This document shows positions 27,666 through 38,139 of a DNA stretch of 64,000 nucleotides, in pieces. The translations under genes and the position numbers were made by a program. The notes beneath the pieces were generated by a model. That model was given only the letters and a program-made list of their open reading frames with translations, did no database searches and was not told the origin of the DNA. Each line of letters starts with the position of its first letter. Within the stretch, counting starts at the first letter, position 1. The stretch is taken from NCBI GenBank assembly GCA_963725865.1, contig CAVSAC010000012.1, positions 768,001 to 832,000 on the forward strand. The letters are read 5' to 3'. Source of the stretch: Candidatus Eiseniibacteriota bacterium (GTDB lineage: Bacteria > Eisenbacteria > RBG-16-71-46).

Positions 27666-28475
27666 ATGCCGAGCCGCATCGCTCCCGCGTTCCTCGCGCG
27701 GCGTGGCCGGACCGGACTCATCCCGTACCTGACCGCGGGCTATCCCTCGCTCGACGAGACCGTCGCGATGGCGCGCGGCCTCGCAGACGCCGGCGCCCTC
27801 GCGATCGAGATCGGGATCCCGTTCTCGGATCCGATCGCCGACGGTCCGGAGATCCAGCGTTCCTCGGAGTGGGCGCTCGCGAACGGCGTGGGACCCGCCG
27901 AGGCGTTCGGGGTGGTGCGCGAGCTGCGGCGCGACTCCCGGCTGCCCGTGGTGGTGATGACCTACGCGAACCCGGTCGTCCACGCGGGCGCCGAGCGCTT
28001 CGCGAACGAAGCGCGCGACGCGGGGGTCGACGGGGTCATCGTATCGGACCTGCCACCGGACGAGTCGCCGGAGATCTGGACGGCGTTCGACCACGCCCGC
28101 CTCGACACGATCCTGCTGGTCGCCCCCACCACCGCGGAGGAGCGGCTGCCGCTGCTGCTCGAGCGCTGCCGTGGATTCGTCTACTGCCTCGCGCGCACCG
28201 GGGTGACCGGCCGCGCGGCAGGTGGATGGAGCGGCTCGCTGCCCGAGCGCGTGGCAGCTCTGCGGGCGCGCGGGGCACTACCGGTCGCCGTCGGCTTCGG
28301 CATCTCGAACGCCGAGCAGGCGCGCGCGCTGTGCGGGGTGGCGGACGCCGTCATCGTCGGTGCGGCGTTCATGCGCGCGATCGCCGAGGATCCCCGGCAG
28401 GGTGCGGTCGACCGCGTGGTGGGATGGGGGCGCGAGCTGATCGCCGCGCTCGAGGCGCCGGAGCGCTCCGCCTAG
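27666..28475 (+). CDS. trpA: Tryptophan synthase alpha subunit
   Basis: IPYLTAGYP, IEIGIPFSDPIADGPEIQ, LVAPTT, ARTGVTG, VAVGFGIS. Confidence 0.93.
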   Translation: MPSRIAPAFLARRGRTGLIPYLTAGYPSLDETVAMARGLADAGALAIEIGIPFSDPIADGPEIQRSSEWALANGVGPAEAFGVVRELRRDSRLPVVVMTYANPVVHAGAERFANEARDAGVDGVIVSDLPPDESPEIWTAFDHARLDTILLVAPTTAEERLPLLLERCRGFVYCLARTGVTGRAAGGWSGSLPERVAALRARGALPVAVGFGISNAEQARALCGVADAVIVGAAFMRAIAEDPRQGAVDRVVGWGRELIAALEAPERSA

Positions 28476-28625
28476 GACGCGGATCGGAGTCGGCGCGTCC
28501 CCGGAAATCGCGCGGGCGCGCCGTCGCGGACGCGGCCCACGCGATTGGGCGCGGGCCGTTCCCGCTCCTCGAGGCCCGGCGGTCGCCGGTCCCGAGGCGT
28601 TCGGCCTACTCGAGTCCGGTTCCGC

Positions 28626-28682
28626 CTACCGGCGGATGAACCAGAGCAGATCCAGGAGCACCAGCACGAGGGCGAGCTCCAT
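28626..28682 (-). CDS. Putative 18-aa hydrophobic micropeptide MELALVLVLLDLLWFIRR
   Basis: SD CGGAGGTG with 6 nt between GGAGG and ATG; GC3-biased codons; sigma28-like motif about 95 nt upstream. Confidence 0.45.
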   Translation of the reverse strand: MELALVLVLLDLLWFIRR

Positions 28683-28766
28683 CGTCCACCTCCGTTCGCG
28701 CATCCTGCGCGGCCTCGATGGCTGGCCCGCGGCCGAAGCCGCGGACGCCGAGGCGATCCTTCCGCC

Positions 28767-31244
28767 TCATCCATCGCTATCGGCGAGCGCTTCGGTGGAC
28801 TTGAGAGGAGAATTTGCACTTGCACGGAGGGATGTTCCGGCCGGGTCCGTGAGCTGGCGCAGCACCAGCACCGTGATGTCGTCGAGCGGCGCGTCGGCGA
28901 ACTCCCGGACCGCCTCGAGCAGCGCCTGCACGACGTCCGCGGCGCGGCGATGGGCGTGGGCGTCGAGCACCCGGCGCACGCGCTCGTCGCCGAACATCTC
29001 CTCGCCGCGGCGCGCCTCGCTGAGGCCGTCGGTGTGGATCAGGAGGAGGTCGCCGGCCGCCAGCTGCAGGCCGACCTCCGGATAGTCCGCGCCTTCGCGC
29101 ACGCCGAGCAGGACGCCGCCCGCCGTCACCTGCTCGAAGGCGCCTTCGCGCCGCCGGAGCACCGGCGGCGTGATGCCCGCGTTCGCGATCGACACCCGGC
29201 CTTCGCGCGCCTCGACGCGCGCGACCAGCAGCCCGACGAAGTGCTCGGGCTCACCATGCCGGACCAGTTCGTGGTTGAGTGCCGCGAGCACCTCGGCGGG
29301 CGGCTGTCCGTGCTGCGCGGCGGAGCGGAAGCGCGCCTGCACGTCGGCCATCACGAGCGCGGCGGGGACGCCGTGTCCAGCTGCGTCGCCGACTGCGAGC
29401 GTGAAATCGCGGGAGGGACCCTCGACGAAATCGTAGTAGTCGCCGCCCACCGGCTCGGTCGACAGCGCGGCGGCCGAGCAGTCGAGCGTGGGATACACCG
29501 GCGCGTGGCGTGGCAGCCGGTGGGCCTGGATGGCGCCCGCCTCGCGCAGCGAACGGTCCAGCCGCCCGTGCGTGCTGGCGTCGCGCCGCAGCAGCGCGTT
29601 CTCGAGCGCGAGCTCGATGCGGGCGGCGAAGCGCTGCAGCTCGGCCAGCTCGTCGCGGTCGAGCCACGAGCCTGCGAGCCGGCGTCCGAGCACGAACAGG
29701 GCGCGCGTCGGCGATTCGCCCACCGGCAGGATCCAGCGCGCGCCCGCGTCCTCGAGCGCCGTGCGGTCGGCGGGCTCCAGCGGCGCGTCCTCGAGCGCGG
29801 CCACCCGGCCGGAGGGCAGCTCCTGGGGCAGGCGCTCGAGCAGCACCGCGGGCGGGCGTCCCGAGCTCGCCGCCACCAGCCCCTCCCCGCGGGACGGCAC
29901 CAGCGCGGCGGTGCCGTCGAGGCGCAGGGCCGCGCACAGCGCGTCGCACGCCGAGCTCAGGATCTCGTCGGGATCGTCGTGCCCGAACCCGTGGCGGCCG
30001 GACCATTCGGCCAGCGGCGGCACGCCGCCGCCGGTGACCGAGAGCACGCGCAGCCGCCGCCGCAGCGGGCCGGCCACCAGGAGGGCGGCGGTCACGAGCG
30101 CGAGCGCCGCGCCTGCCATGCTGCCCGAGAGATTGGACCAGCCCGGCGCCGCGAATCGCTGGCCGAGCGCGTAGGCGAGGCCCGAGACCGCGGCGACCAC
30201 GAGCGCCCCGAGCACCGCGCGCAGCGCGATCCGGAAGTCGAAGATGCGATGCACGGCGATCGCCCACGCGAACGATGCGGGCACCAGCAACGTGAGCAGC
30301 GCCGACCAGCGCTCGCCCGGCAGAGCCACTCCCGGGGCGAGGTTGCGCAGCGCCACCAACGCCGCCAGCGGTCCCACGCCGAGCGCGGTGCCGAGCAGCA
30401 CCACGCGCAGTCGCCGCCGCGCGTCCGGCGACCCCGCGCGCAGATACGAGCGGGCGAACAGCGCCAGCGCGCTCACCAGTCCGATCACGAACCACGCCCC
30501 CGCCGACATATGGAGTGCGTCGAGCGCGTCCTGGCCGGCGCTCGGACGCGCGAGCCGGACGCCCTCGAGCGCCACCGCCGCCACGAACAGCAGCGTGGCG
30601 ACGCCGTACCCGGCGCTCACCAGCGTGCCCAGCGCGCCACGCGGACCGCGCGATTCCGGGAACAACGCGAAGAAGTGCACGAACAGCGCGGGCAGGAACA
30701 GCTGGGCCGCCGTCAGCGCGAGCTCGTGCAGCAGCGTCAGGCGACCGGGGATCAGCAGCGGAGGGGGCACGATCACCAGCGCGAAGGACAGGCACAGCAG
30801 CAGGAACACGCGCGTCAGGGTGTCGCGGCGCTCGCTCCACACCCAGCCGCCGAGCAGCACGAAGCCCGCGGCCACCAGCAGCTGACCGACCCGAATGCGA
30901 CGGTCGGCAGCGGTCGAGGGCTCGGGCGCGAGCCACACTCGGCGCTGCACGCCCTCGCGCTCGAGCGTCAGGCTCAGTGGCCGGCCGGGACGCGCCGCGT
31001 CGAGCGGCCCGCGCGTGCGCGAGAGCGGATCGCCGCCGAGCTCCGGCGCGAAGCGGTCGCCGGAGCGAATGCCGGCGCGGGCACCCGGACTGCCGGGGAG
31101 GACGTTCTCGATCACGTCGCCCCGCGGCACCAGACCGGTATAGGCCCTCAGGGGCAGGCTGAGCGCCGAGGCCACCAGCAGGGCGACCGCCGGAACGAGA
31201 AGCCAGGACAGCAGGTGCGACGGCCAACCACGATCCAAGCGCAC
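28767..31244 (-). CDS. Membrane PP2C/SpoIIE (RsbU-like) phosphatase with PDZ-like, multi-TM and GAF-like regions
   Basis: VLPGSPGARAGIRSGD (PDZ-like); many TM segments; VGGDYYD, GDAAGHG, NAG, TDGLSEA, DDITVLVL. Confidence 0.88.
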   Translation of the reverse strand: MRLDRGWPSHLLSWLLVPAVALLVASALSLPLRAYTGLVPRGDVIENVLPGSPGARAGIRSGDRFAPELGGDPLSRTRGPLDAARPGRPLSLTLEREGVQRRVWLAPEPSTAADRRIRVGQLLVAAGFVLLGGWVWSERRDTLTRVFLLLCLSFALVIVPPPLLIPGRLTLLHELALTAAQLFLPALFVHFFALFPESRGPRGALGTLVSAGYGVATLLFVAAVALEGVRLARPSAGQDALDALHMSAGAWFVIGLVSALALFARSYLRAGSPDARRRLRVVLLGTALGVGPLAALVALRNLAPGVALPGERWSALLTLLVPASFAWAIAVHRIFDFRIALRAVLGALVVAAVSGLAYALGQRFAAPGWSNLSGSMAGAALALVTAALLVAGPLRRRLRVLSVTGGGVPPLAEWSGRHGFGHDDPDEILSSACDALCAALRLDGTAALVPSRGEGLVAASSGRPPAVLLERLPQELPSGRVAALEDAPLEPADRTALEDAGARWILPVGESPTRALFVLGRRLAGSWLDRDELAELQRFAARIELALENALLRRDASTHGRLDRSLREAGAIQAHRLPRHAPVYPTLDCSAAALSTEPVGGDYYDFVEGPSRDFTLAVGDAAGHGVPAALVMADVQARFRSAAQHGQPPAEVLAALNHELVRHGEPEHFVGLLVARVEAREGRVSIANAGITPPVLRRREGAFEQVTAGGVLLGVREGADYPEVGLQLAAGDLLLIHTDGLSEARRGEEMFGDERVRRVLDAHAHRRAADVVQALLEAVREFADAPLDDITVLVLRQLTDPAGTSLRASANSPLKSTEALADSDG
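28777..28805 (-). promoter_or_regulatory. sigma28-like promoter inside the 3' end of the SpoIIE gene
   Basis: CTCAAG-N15-GCCGATAG on the minus strand. Confidence 0.6.
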
Positions 31245-31342
31245 CTCCGGGGATGAGGCCGTTCAAAGGCTCCCAAGCGCACCGCTGGCTGTCAAGGTCC
31301 AGTCCACGCTTGGAGCGACGCCGCGGTTGTGTCTATTCTCGC

Positions 31343-31371
31343 CTCAAGAGGCATGCGACGCATGCCGATAC
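31343..31371 (+). promoter_or_regulatory. sigma28-like promoter upstream of csrA-flgM
   Basis: CTCAAG-N15-GCCGATAC. Confidence 0.7.
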
Positions 31372-31427
31372 GCTGACTGTCCAGCCGCCCTCCGGCGGTC
31401 TGGCGAGGAGCGGAGGAACTCAGGAAG

Positions 31428-31667
31428 ATGCTGGTCCTAACAAGGAAGTTAGGAGAGAACATCCGGATCGGGGACACGGTGAAGATCACCGTGCTCGAGG
31501 TCCGCTCCGGTCAGGTGAAGCTCGGCATCGAGGCGCCACCCGAGGTCAAGGTGCACCGCGAGGAGATCTATGCGCGCATCCAGGAAGAGAATCGTCGCGC
31601 GCAGGGACGCAAGAGCGAAAGCCCGCCCGGACCCCACGATCCCAAGGACCCGAACGGCACGAGCTGA
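31428..31667 (+). CDS. csrA: Carbon storage regulator CsrA
   Basis: [16 protein letters not shown]...[20 protein letters not shown]. Confidence 0.97.
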   Translation: MLVLTRKLGENIRIGDTVKITVLEVRSGQVKLGIEAPPEVKVHREEIYARIQEENRRAQGRKSESPPGPHDPKDPNGTS

Positions 31668-31758
31668 TCGTCCAGACGTTGTCGACCGGCGGCCGACCGC
31701 CGGGGGCCCGGCGCGCCCACCGCGGCGGGCTCCCGGAGACGGCCAGCGCCGAGGAACG

Positions 31759-31956
31759 ATGACCCTCACACCTCGCAGCGGTTCCACCCGCAAGCTCACT
31801 CCCGCGCCGACCCCCGCTCCCGCCCGCATCGCCGAGTTCATCCGCTGGCCCCAGGTGGCCAACGCCCGCGCCCGCGTCGCCGCGGGATTCTACGATCGCG
31901 ACGACGTGCGCTCGCGCCTGGTGGACGCTCTGCTCGAGGAGCTGCGCCGCCGCTGA
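31759..31956 (+). CDS. FlgM-like anti-sigma28 factor (65 aa)
   Basis: Disordered N-terminus, then IRWPQVANARARVAAGFYDRDDVRSRLVDALL, resembling the FlgM C-terminal R..KV..I+..I..G.Y pattern; GAGGA SD. Confidence 0.6.
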   Translation: MTLTPRSGSTRKLTPAPTPAPARIAEFIRWPQVANARARVAAGFYDRDDVRSRLVDALLEELRRR

Positions 31957-33282
31957 TCGCCCGCGCGCCCGCGCAGCGCCGGGCGGCACTCGCCGTCGGC
32001 GAGTGCCGCCGCGACGTCCGCGTGATTCCCGCCGCCGCAACCGCGCTACCGTCCCCGCTCACGGCGCGGCTATACTGTCCGCGCCATGGACTGGTCATGC
32101 CTGTGAAGCGCGCTCCCCGCGCCCCGGCGGTACGGATGCCGCCGTCCGACGCCCTGTTCCGGGCGCTCATGTCCGATGTCGAGGCCGGCGTGCTGCTGCT
32201 CGACCCGCGCGGCCGGGTCGCGACGCTCAACCCGGCCGCGGAGCGCATGCTCGGTGCCCGGCTCGCCCGGGCCCGCGGGCGGCCCGCACGCGAGCTGGTG
32301 CGCACCGTGGTGCCGGGGGACGACCCGGTCCGCGACCTCGAGCGCCGGGCGCGCGCCGAACGCGAGACCGTGCTGCTCGGCGAGGGCGGGGTGGAGGTGC
32401 CCGTGCTGATGCACGGGACCCGCATCGGCAAGCCGGGCTGGGCGCTGTTCGTGCTCCACGACCTGACCCGCACGCGGCGTCTGCAGGAGGAGCTGCGGCG
32501 CAAGGAGCGCCTGGCGACGCTCGGTCAGCTGTCGGCCGGTGTCGCGCACGAGATCCGCAACCCGCTCGCCGGCATCGGCACCAGCGCCCAGGTGCTGCTA
32601 CGCCGGTTCGAGCCGCGCGACGAGCGCGCGCGCTTCGTCCAGGTGATCCTCGAGGAGGTGGCGCGCCTCGACCGCATCGTGGCGAGCCTGCTCCAGTACG
32701 CGCGCCCGCGCACGCCCGAGCTGCGGGCCGCCGAGCTGGGCGGCTGCGTCGATCGCGTGATCGAGCTGCTCGCCGAACCGATCCTGCAGGCCGGCATCCG
32801 CGTCGAGCGCGACGTGGCGCCGCGGCTCGGGACGCTGTACATCGATCCCGACCTCGTGCAGCAGGTGCTGCTCAACGTGAGCCTCAACGCGGTGCAGGCG
32901 ATGGAGCGGGGGGGCACGCTGCGCTACGAGGTGCGCAAGGTGCGCCGGCGCGCGCCCGCGCGCGGCCTCGGACGCCGCGTCGACGACCGCCGCGCCGGCG
33001 ACCGCCGCGCGGATCCGCGCCGCGCCGAGCGGCGCGACACCCCGGCGGCCGCACCGCGCATCGAGTACCAGCAGGTACGGGTCATCGACACCGGTCCCGG
33101 CATCCCGCGAGGCGTGCTCGAGAAGATGTTCGACCCGTTCTTCTCGACCAAGTCGCGCGGCACCGGCCTGGGGCTGGCGATCTCGCAGACCATCATGCAG
33201 GAGCACGGCGGCGCCATCGAGGTGGCGACCCGCGAAGGACGCGGCACGACCCTGCTCCTCAACTTCCCGGTGGAGAAACGGC

Positions 33283-34695
<1,413 letters not shown>

Positions 34696-34965
34696 GCCGG
34701 CCGGCCGCGCCGCGAGCGGCCATTTCCGGGTCGGCGCCGCGGACCATGCGGTCCGCGCTTGAGCGGGCATCTCGCATCGCCGCACCCGTGCTCCGCGCGG
34801 CCGGGCGCGCTCCCACCCGGCCCGCGGGCGTCGGGTGAACCCTCCACGTGACCTTCAGCGGCCGCACTAACTCCCTGCCGGAGTGATGGATGGGGGCCCG
34901 CGGCCGAGGGCGTTCCGGAGCGGTGAGGGCACCTCCGCGAGCGCCGCTACGAACGTGCGACCCCG

Positions 34966-34982
34966 CTGGCACGACGACTGCA
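34966..34982 (+). promoter_or_regulatory. sigma54 -24/-12 promoter
   Basis: CTGGCACGACGACTGCA versus consensus YTGGCACGrNNNTTGCW; GG-N10-GC exact; 36 nt before ATG 35019. Confidence 0.8.
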
Positions 34983-35018
34983 AAACGGGTTCTCCGCGAC
35001 ATCACCCGGAGACCCGTC

Positions 35019-35420
35019 ATGCCCCACATCCTGATCGTCGAAGACGAACCATCGACCTCCTGGGCCCTCTCGGAAGGGCTCTCGGACGACGGGTTCACGA
35101 TCGACACGTTCCGCTCCGCCGAAGAGGCCTGGGAGTGGCTGCGCAACGGCGGCCGCAGCGACCTCGTGATCTCCGATCTCAAGCTGCCGGGGATGAGCGG
35201 ACTCGACCTGGCGAAGAAGCTGCAGCGCGGCCGCCACGCCCAGCCGGTGGTGATCGTCACCGCGTACGGCTCACCCGAGTCCCTGCGCGAACTGCGCGAG
35301 GCGGGGGTGGCCGACTGCTTCCCGAAGCCGTTCCCGATGGATGCGCTTCGCCGTTCCGTGCGGCAGGCGATCGACCGTGCCGCGCGCCGTCCGGCGCCGC
35401 GCCTGCGGAAGGCCGCATGA
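35019..35420 (+). CDS. Single-domain response regulator (Spo0F/CheY-like)
   Basis: ILIVEDE, DLVISDLKLPGMSG, IVTAYG, KPF. Confidence 0.9.
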   Translation: MPHILIVEDEPSTSWALSEGLSDDGFTIDTFRSAEEAWEWLRNGGRSDLVISDLKLPGMSGLDLAKKLQRGRHAQPVVIVTAYGSPESLRELREAGVADCFPKPFPMDALRRSVRQAIDRAARRPAPRLRKAA

Positions 35421-35734
35421 GCCCGGCTCCGCCGCGCCGTGCGCGCGCCGCGCGCAGCATCGACGCGTCGGGTCTCTCCGACGCCGTGATCCGTCGCCGC
35501 CTGCTCGATGCGATCGAGCACTGCGCGCCGCGCGAGCGCATGATGCTCGCGCTGCTCCTGGTCGAGCGCCTGACGCCGGCCGAGGCCGCCGAGACGCTGC
35601 GGCTGCCGGCCGCCAGCGTGACGCGCCGCTACCGCGCCCTGCTCGCGGAGCTGGCGCGCGCCTACCACGGCCTCGGCTCCCGCCGGGCGGCCCGTGCCGC
35701 GGCCGGCGTCGCGCGACTGCGGAGGGCGTCGTGA
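35417..35734 (+). CDS. Stand-alone sigma70 region-4-like HTH protein
   Basis: LLDAIEHCAPRERMMLALLLVERLTPAEAAETLRLPAASV, parallel to FliA region 4; ATGA coupling. Confidence 0.65.
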   Translation: MSPAPPRRARAARSIDASGLSDAVIRRRLLDAIEHCAPRERMMLALLLVERLTPAEAAETLRLPAASVTRRYRALLAELARAYHGLGSRRAARAAAGVARLRRAS

Positions 35735-35979
35735 GCCGCCGCGCGCCGATCACGCCGTCGTCGGACGTGGAGCGCGAGATGCCGGTCGCCGTCGGCGCGC
35801 GTGTCGACGCGCTCGACGCCGCGCTGCTGACGCTGGTCGCCGAGGAGCGCCGGCTGAAGCGCCTCGGCCTCGACCTCGCGGTGCGCCGCTGCCGCGAGCA
35901 GCGCCGCTACTGGGAGTTCCTGCGCGCGGTGCTGACGCTGCCGCGCGATCCGCGCGACGCGAAGCGGCAGGCCGCGTGA
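35731..35979 (+). CDS. Small helical hypothetical protein (82 aa)
   Basis: GTGA overlaps at both ends; GGAGG SD. Confidence 0.6.
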   Translation: MSRRAPITPSSDVEREMPVAVGARVDALDAALLTLVAEERRLKRLGLDLAVRRCREQRRYWEFLRAVLTLPRDPRDAKRQAA

Positions 35980-36875
35980 GCCGCCGTCGCGCACCGGGCG
36001 CGCCCGCCGTCCGCGGTGGACTGCGCGTGGTCCCCGGCGGAGTGCCGGCGGGCGAGACCGATCACCCCGCGCGCTGGGCCCGGCCCGGCGTGCGCACGGT
36101 GGTGGTCGCCAGCGGCAAGGGCGGCGTGGGCAAGAGCCACCTCGCGGCCAACCTCGCGATCGCGCTCGGCGAGCGCGGCTGCCGGGTGCTGCTGGTCGAC
36201 GCCGACTTCTCGCAGGCGAATCTCGACCTGCTGCTCGGCGTCCACCCGCGCTACGACCTCCAGCACGTGTTCGCGGGCGAGCGCACGCTCGAGGAGATCG
36301 CGCTCAAGGGACCGCAGAACGTCACGCTCGTGCCGGCTGCCTCCAACGATCCGGACCTCGCGGAGCTCGACGACGTGCGCCGCGAGTCGCTGATGCGCGG
36401 ACTGGGCACGCTGGCCGCCGAGGCCGACCTGGTGCTCATCGACACCGCGTCGGGCGTGTCGCGGCAGGTGACCTCGTTCTGCCTCGAAGCCGACGACGTG
36501 CTGCTCATGACCACGCCCGAGATGCCGGCGTTCTCCGATGCCTACGGCCTGGTGAAGCTGCTCCAGCGCCAGGGCCTCACGCGCGCGCCGCACCTCGTGG
36601 TCAGCATGGCGACCGGACCGGAGGAGGCCGAGGAGACCTCGCACCGCATCCGCCTCGTCGCCCGCCGCTTCCTCCACCTCGAACTCGATGCGTGGGGCTG
36701 GGTGCCGCTCGATCCCGCGGTGCCCGGTGCCGTCCGTCGTCAGGAACCCCTGCTCACCGCCTTCCCGCAGTCCCCGGCCGCGGCCGCGTATCGTGCCCTG
36801 GCCGCGCGACTGTGGGACGTCCCGTTGCCCCCGGCGTCCGACGCGACCCCGAGCGTCGAACGTCTCAGAGCCTGA
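35976..36875 (+). CDS. flhG: MinD-family ATPase FlhG/FleN
   Basis: SGKGGVGKS, VDADFSQANLDLLLG, IDTASG, TTPEMPAFSDAYGLVK; directly upstream of fliA. Confidence 0.82.
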   Translation: MSRRRAPGAPAVRGGLRVVPGGVPAGETDHPARWARPGVRTVVVASGKGGVGKSHLAANLAIALGERGCRVLLVDADFSQANLDLLLGVHPRYDLQHVFAGERTLEEIALKGPQNVTLVPAASNDPDLAELDDVRRESLMRGLGTLAAEADLVLIDTASGVSRQVTSFCLEADDVLLMTTPEMPAFSDAYGLVKLLQRQGLTRAPHLVVSMATGPEEAEETSHRIRLVARRFLHLELDAWGWVPLDPAVPGAVRRQEPLLTAFPQSPAAAAYRALAARLWDVPLPPASDATPSVERLRA

Positions 36876-36889
36876 GGAGGTCCCGCTCC

Positions 36890-37741
36890 ATGGCCCGCCC
36901 CGCCGCCCTCACCGCCACGACCTCGAAAGCAGCGCGCCGTCCGCGACCGGCCCCGCGTCTGACGGTCGTCACTCGTGACCGCCGCCCCGCGCGCCCGCAG
37001 CCGGCGCCGACCGCGGTGCAGTATTCGAAGGACGACCTCCTGAAGCGCTTCGCTCCGCTGGTGCGCCACGTGGTGGAGCGCGTCGCGGCGACGCTGCCGA
37101 AGAACGTGGACCACGAGGACCTCTACTCCGCCGGCGTGCTCGGCCTGCTCGACGCGCACGCGAAGTTCGACGCGCGCAAAGGCGTGAAGTTCGAGACCTA
37201 CGCGGTGTGGCGCATCAAGGGCGCCGTGCTCGACCAGCTGCGGGCGCTCGACTGGGTGTCGCGCTCGATGCGACGCAAGGCCCGCAACCTCGACGGCGTG
37301 ACGCGCAAGCTCGACCAGCGGCTCGGCCGCGCGGCCACCGAGGAGGAGGTCGCGAAGGAGATGAAACTGTCGCGTCCGGACTTCTACCGCCTGCTCGATC
37401 ACGTGCGCGGCGCGGTGCTGGTCTCGCTCGACGAGAGCCGCTCGGGCGACGGCGAGGAGCCGTCGACGCTGGGCGACCATCTCGCCGATCCGGCCGCCGA
37501 GGACCTCGAAGAGCGCCTCGCCGAGCACCAGTCGCGGCTGGTGTTGCTCCGCACCCTCGATCACCTGCCCGAGCAGGAGCGCCTGGTGGTGTCGCTGTAC
37601 TACTACGAGCACCTGACGCTGAAGGAGATCGGACGCACGCTCGGCATCTCGGAGTCGCGCGTCTCCCAGGTCCACACCCGCGCGATGTCGCGGCTGCGGC
37701 TGCGCCTCGGGCGGTTCCTGGTGGGCGAGGAGGCGGCGTGA
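36890..37741 (+). CDS. fliA: RNA polymerase sigma factor, FliA/WhiG (sigma28) family
   Basis: EDLYSAGVLGL, KFETYAVWRIKGAVLDQLRALDWVSRS, LYYYEHLTLKEIG..LGISESRVSQVH; GAGGAGG SD. Confidence 0.92.
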   Translation: MARPAALTATTSKAARRPRPAPRLTVVTRDRRPARPQPAPTAVQYSKDDLLKRFAPLVRHVVERVAATLPKNVDHEDLYSAGVLGLLDAHAKFDARKGVKFETYAVWRIKGAVLDQLRALDWVSRSMRRKARNLDGVTRKLDQRLGRAATEEEVAKEMKLSRPDFYRLLDHVRGAVLVSLDESRSGDGEEPSTLGDHLADPAAEDLEERLAEHQSRLVLLRTLDHLPEQERLVVSLYYYEHLTLKEIGRTLGISESRVSQVHTRAMSRLRLRLGRFLVGEEAA

Positions 37742-38139
37742 ATCCGCCGCACGAGTCCGAGGCGTCGATGCCGCCGGCCCCGTGGCTCGCCCTGGCGGCG
37801 CGCCTGGAGGCGCAGGCGACCGCGCTGGAGCGCGATGGCCACGCGGCCGCCGCGCAGGCCCTGCGGGACGTGGTCGCGGAGTGGTGGGCGGAGCAGCAGC
37901 CGTGGGACGAGGAGGCCTCGCGCCGACTCAGCGCGCACCACGAGATCAACAACGCGCTCGTGGGCGTGCGGGGGCACGCGCAGCTGCTGCTCATGGGGCC
38001 GACCGGCCAGCAGCCCGGAGTGCGGGAACGTCTGGAGGTGATGCTGCGTGAGTCCGTCCGGATCCAGGAAGCCGCGGGACGCCTCCGCGAGCTCAAGACG
38101 GCGTTCGGAGGTCCGGGTGCCCCGGCCCGCGCGGCCTGA
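37738..38139 (+). CDS. Stand-alone HisKA/DHp protein
   Basis: HHEINNALVGVRGHAQLL H-box followed by a second helix; no ATPase domain; GTGA overlap with fliA. Confidence 0.7.
   Translation: MNPPHESEASMPPAPWLALAARLEAQATALERDGHAAAAQALRDVVAEWWAEQQPWDEEASRRLSAHHEINNALVGVRGHAQLLLMGPTGQQPGVRERLEVMLRESVRIQEAAGRLRELKTAFGGPGAPARAA

Noticed and set aside
28545..31256. 903-aa plus-strand ORF and the many other long antisense ORFs
   Set aside because: Antisense to clear genes; low stop-codon frequency at this GC content explains them and they show no motifs
31641..31670. Extra sigma28-like site directly before the flgM-like gene (CCCAAG-N16-GCTGATCG)
   Set aside because: Spacing and both boxes deviate from the four good sites
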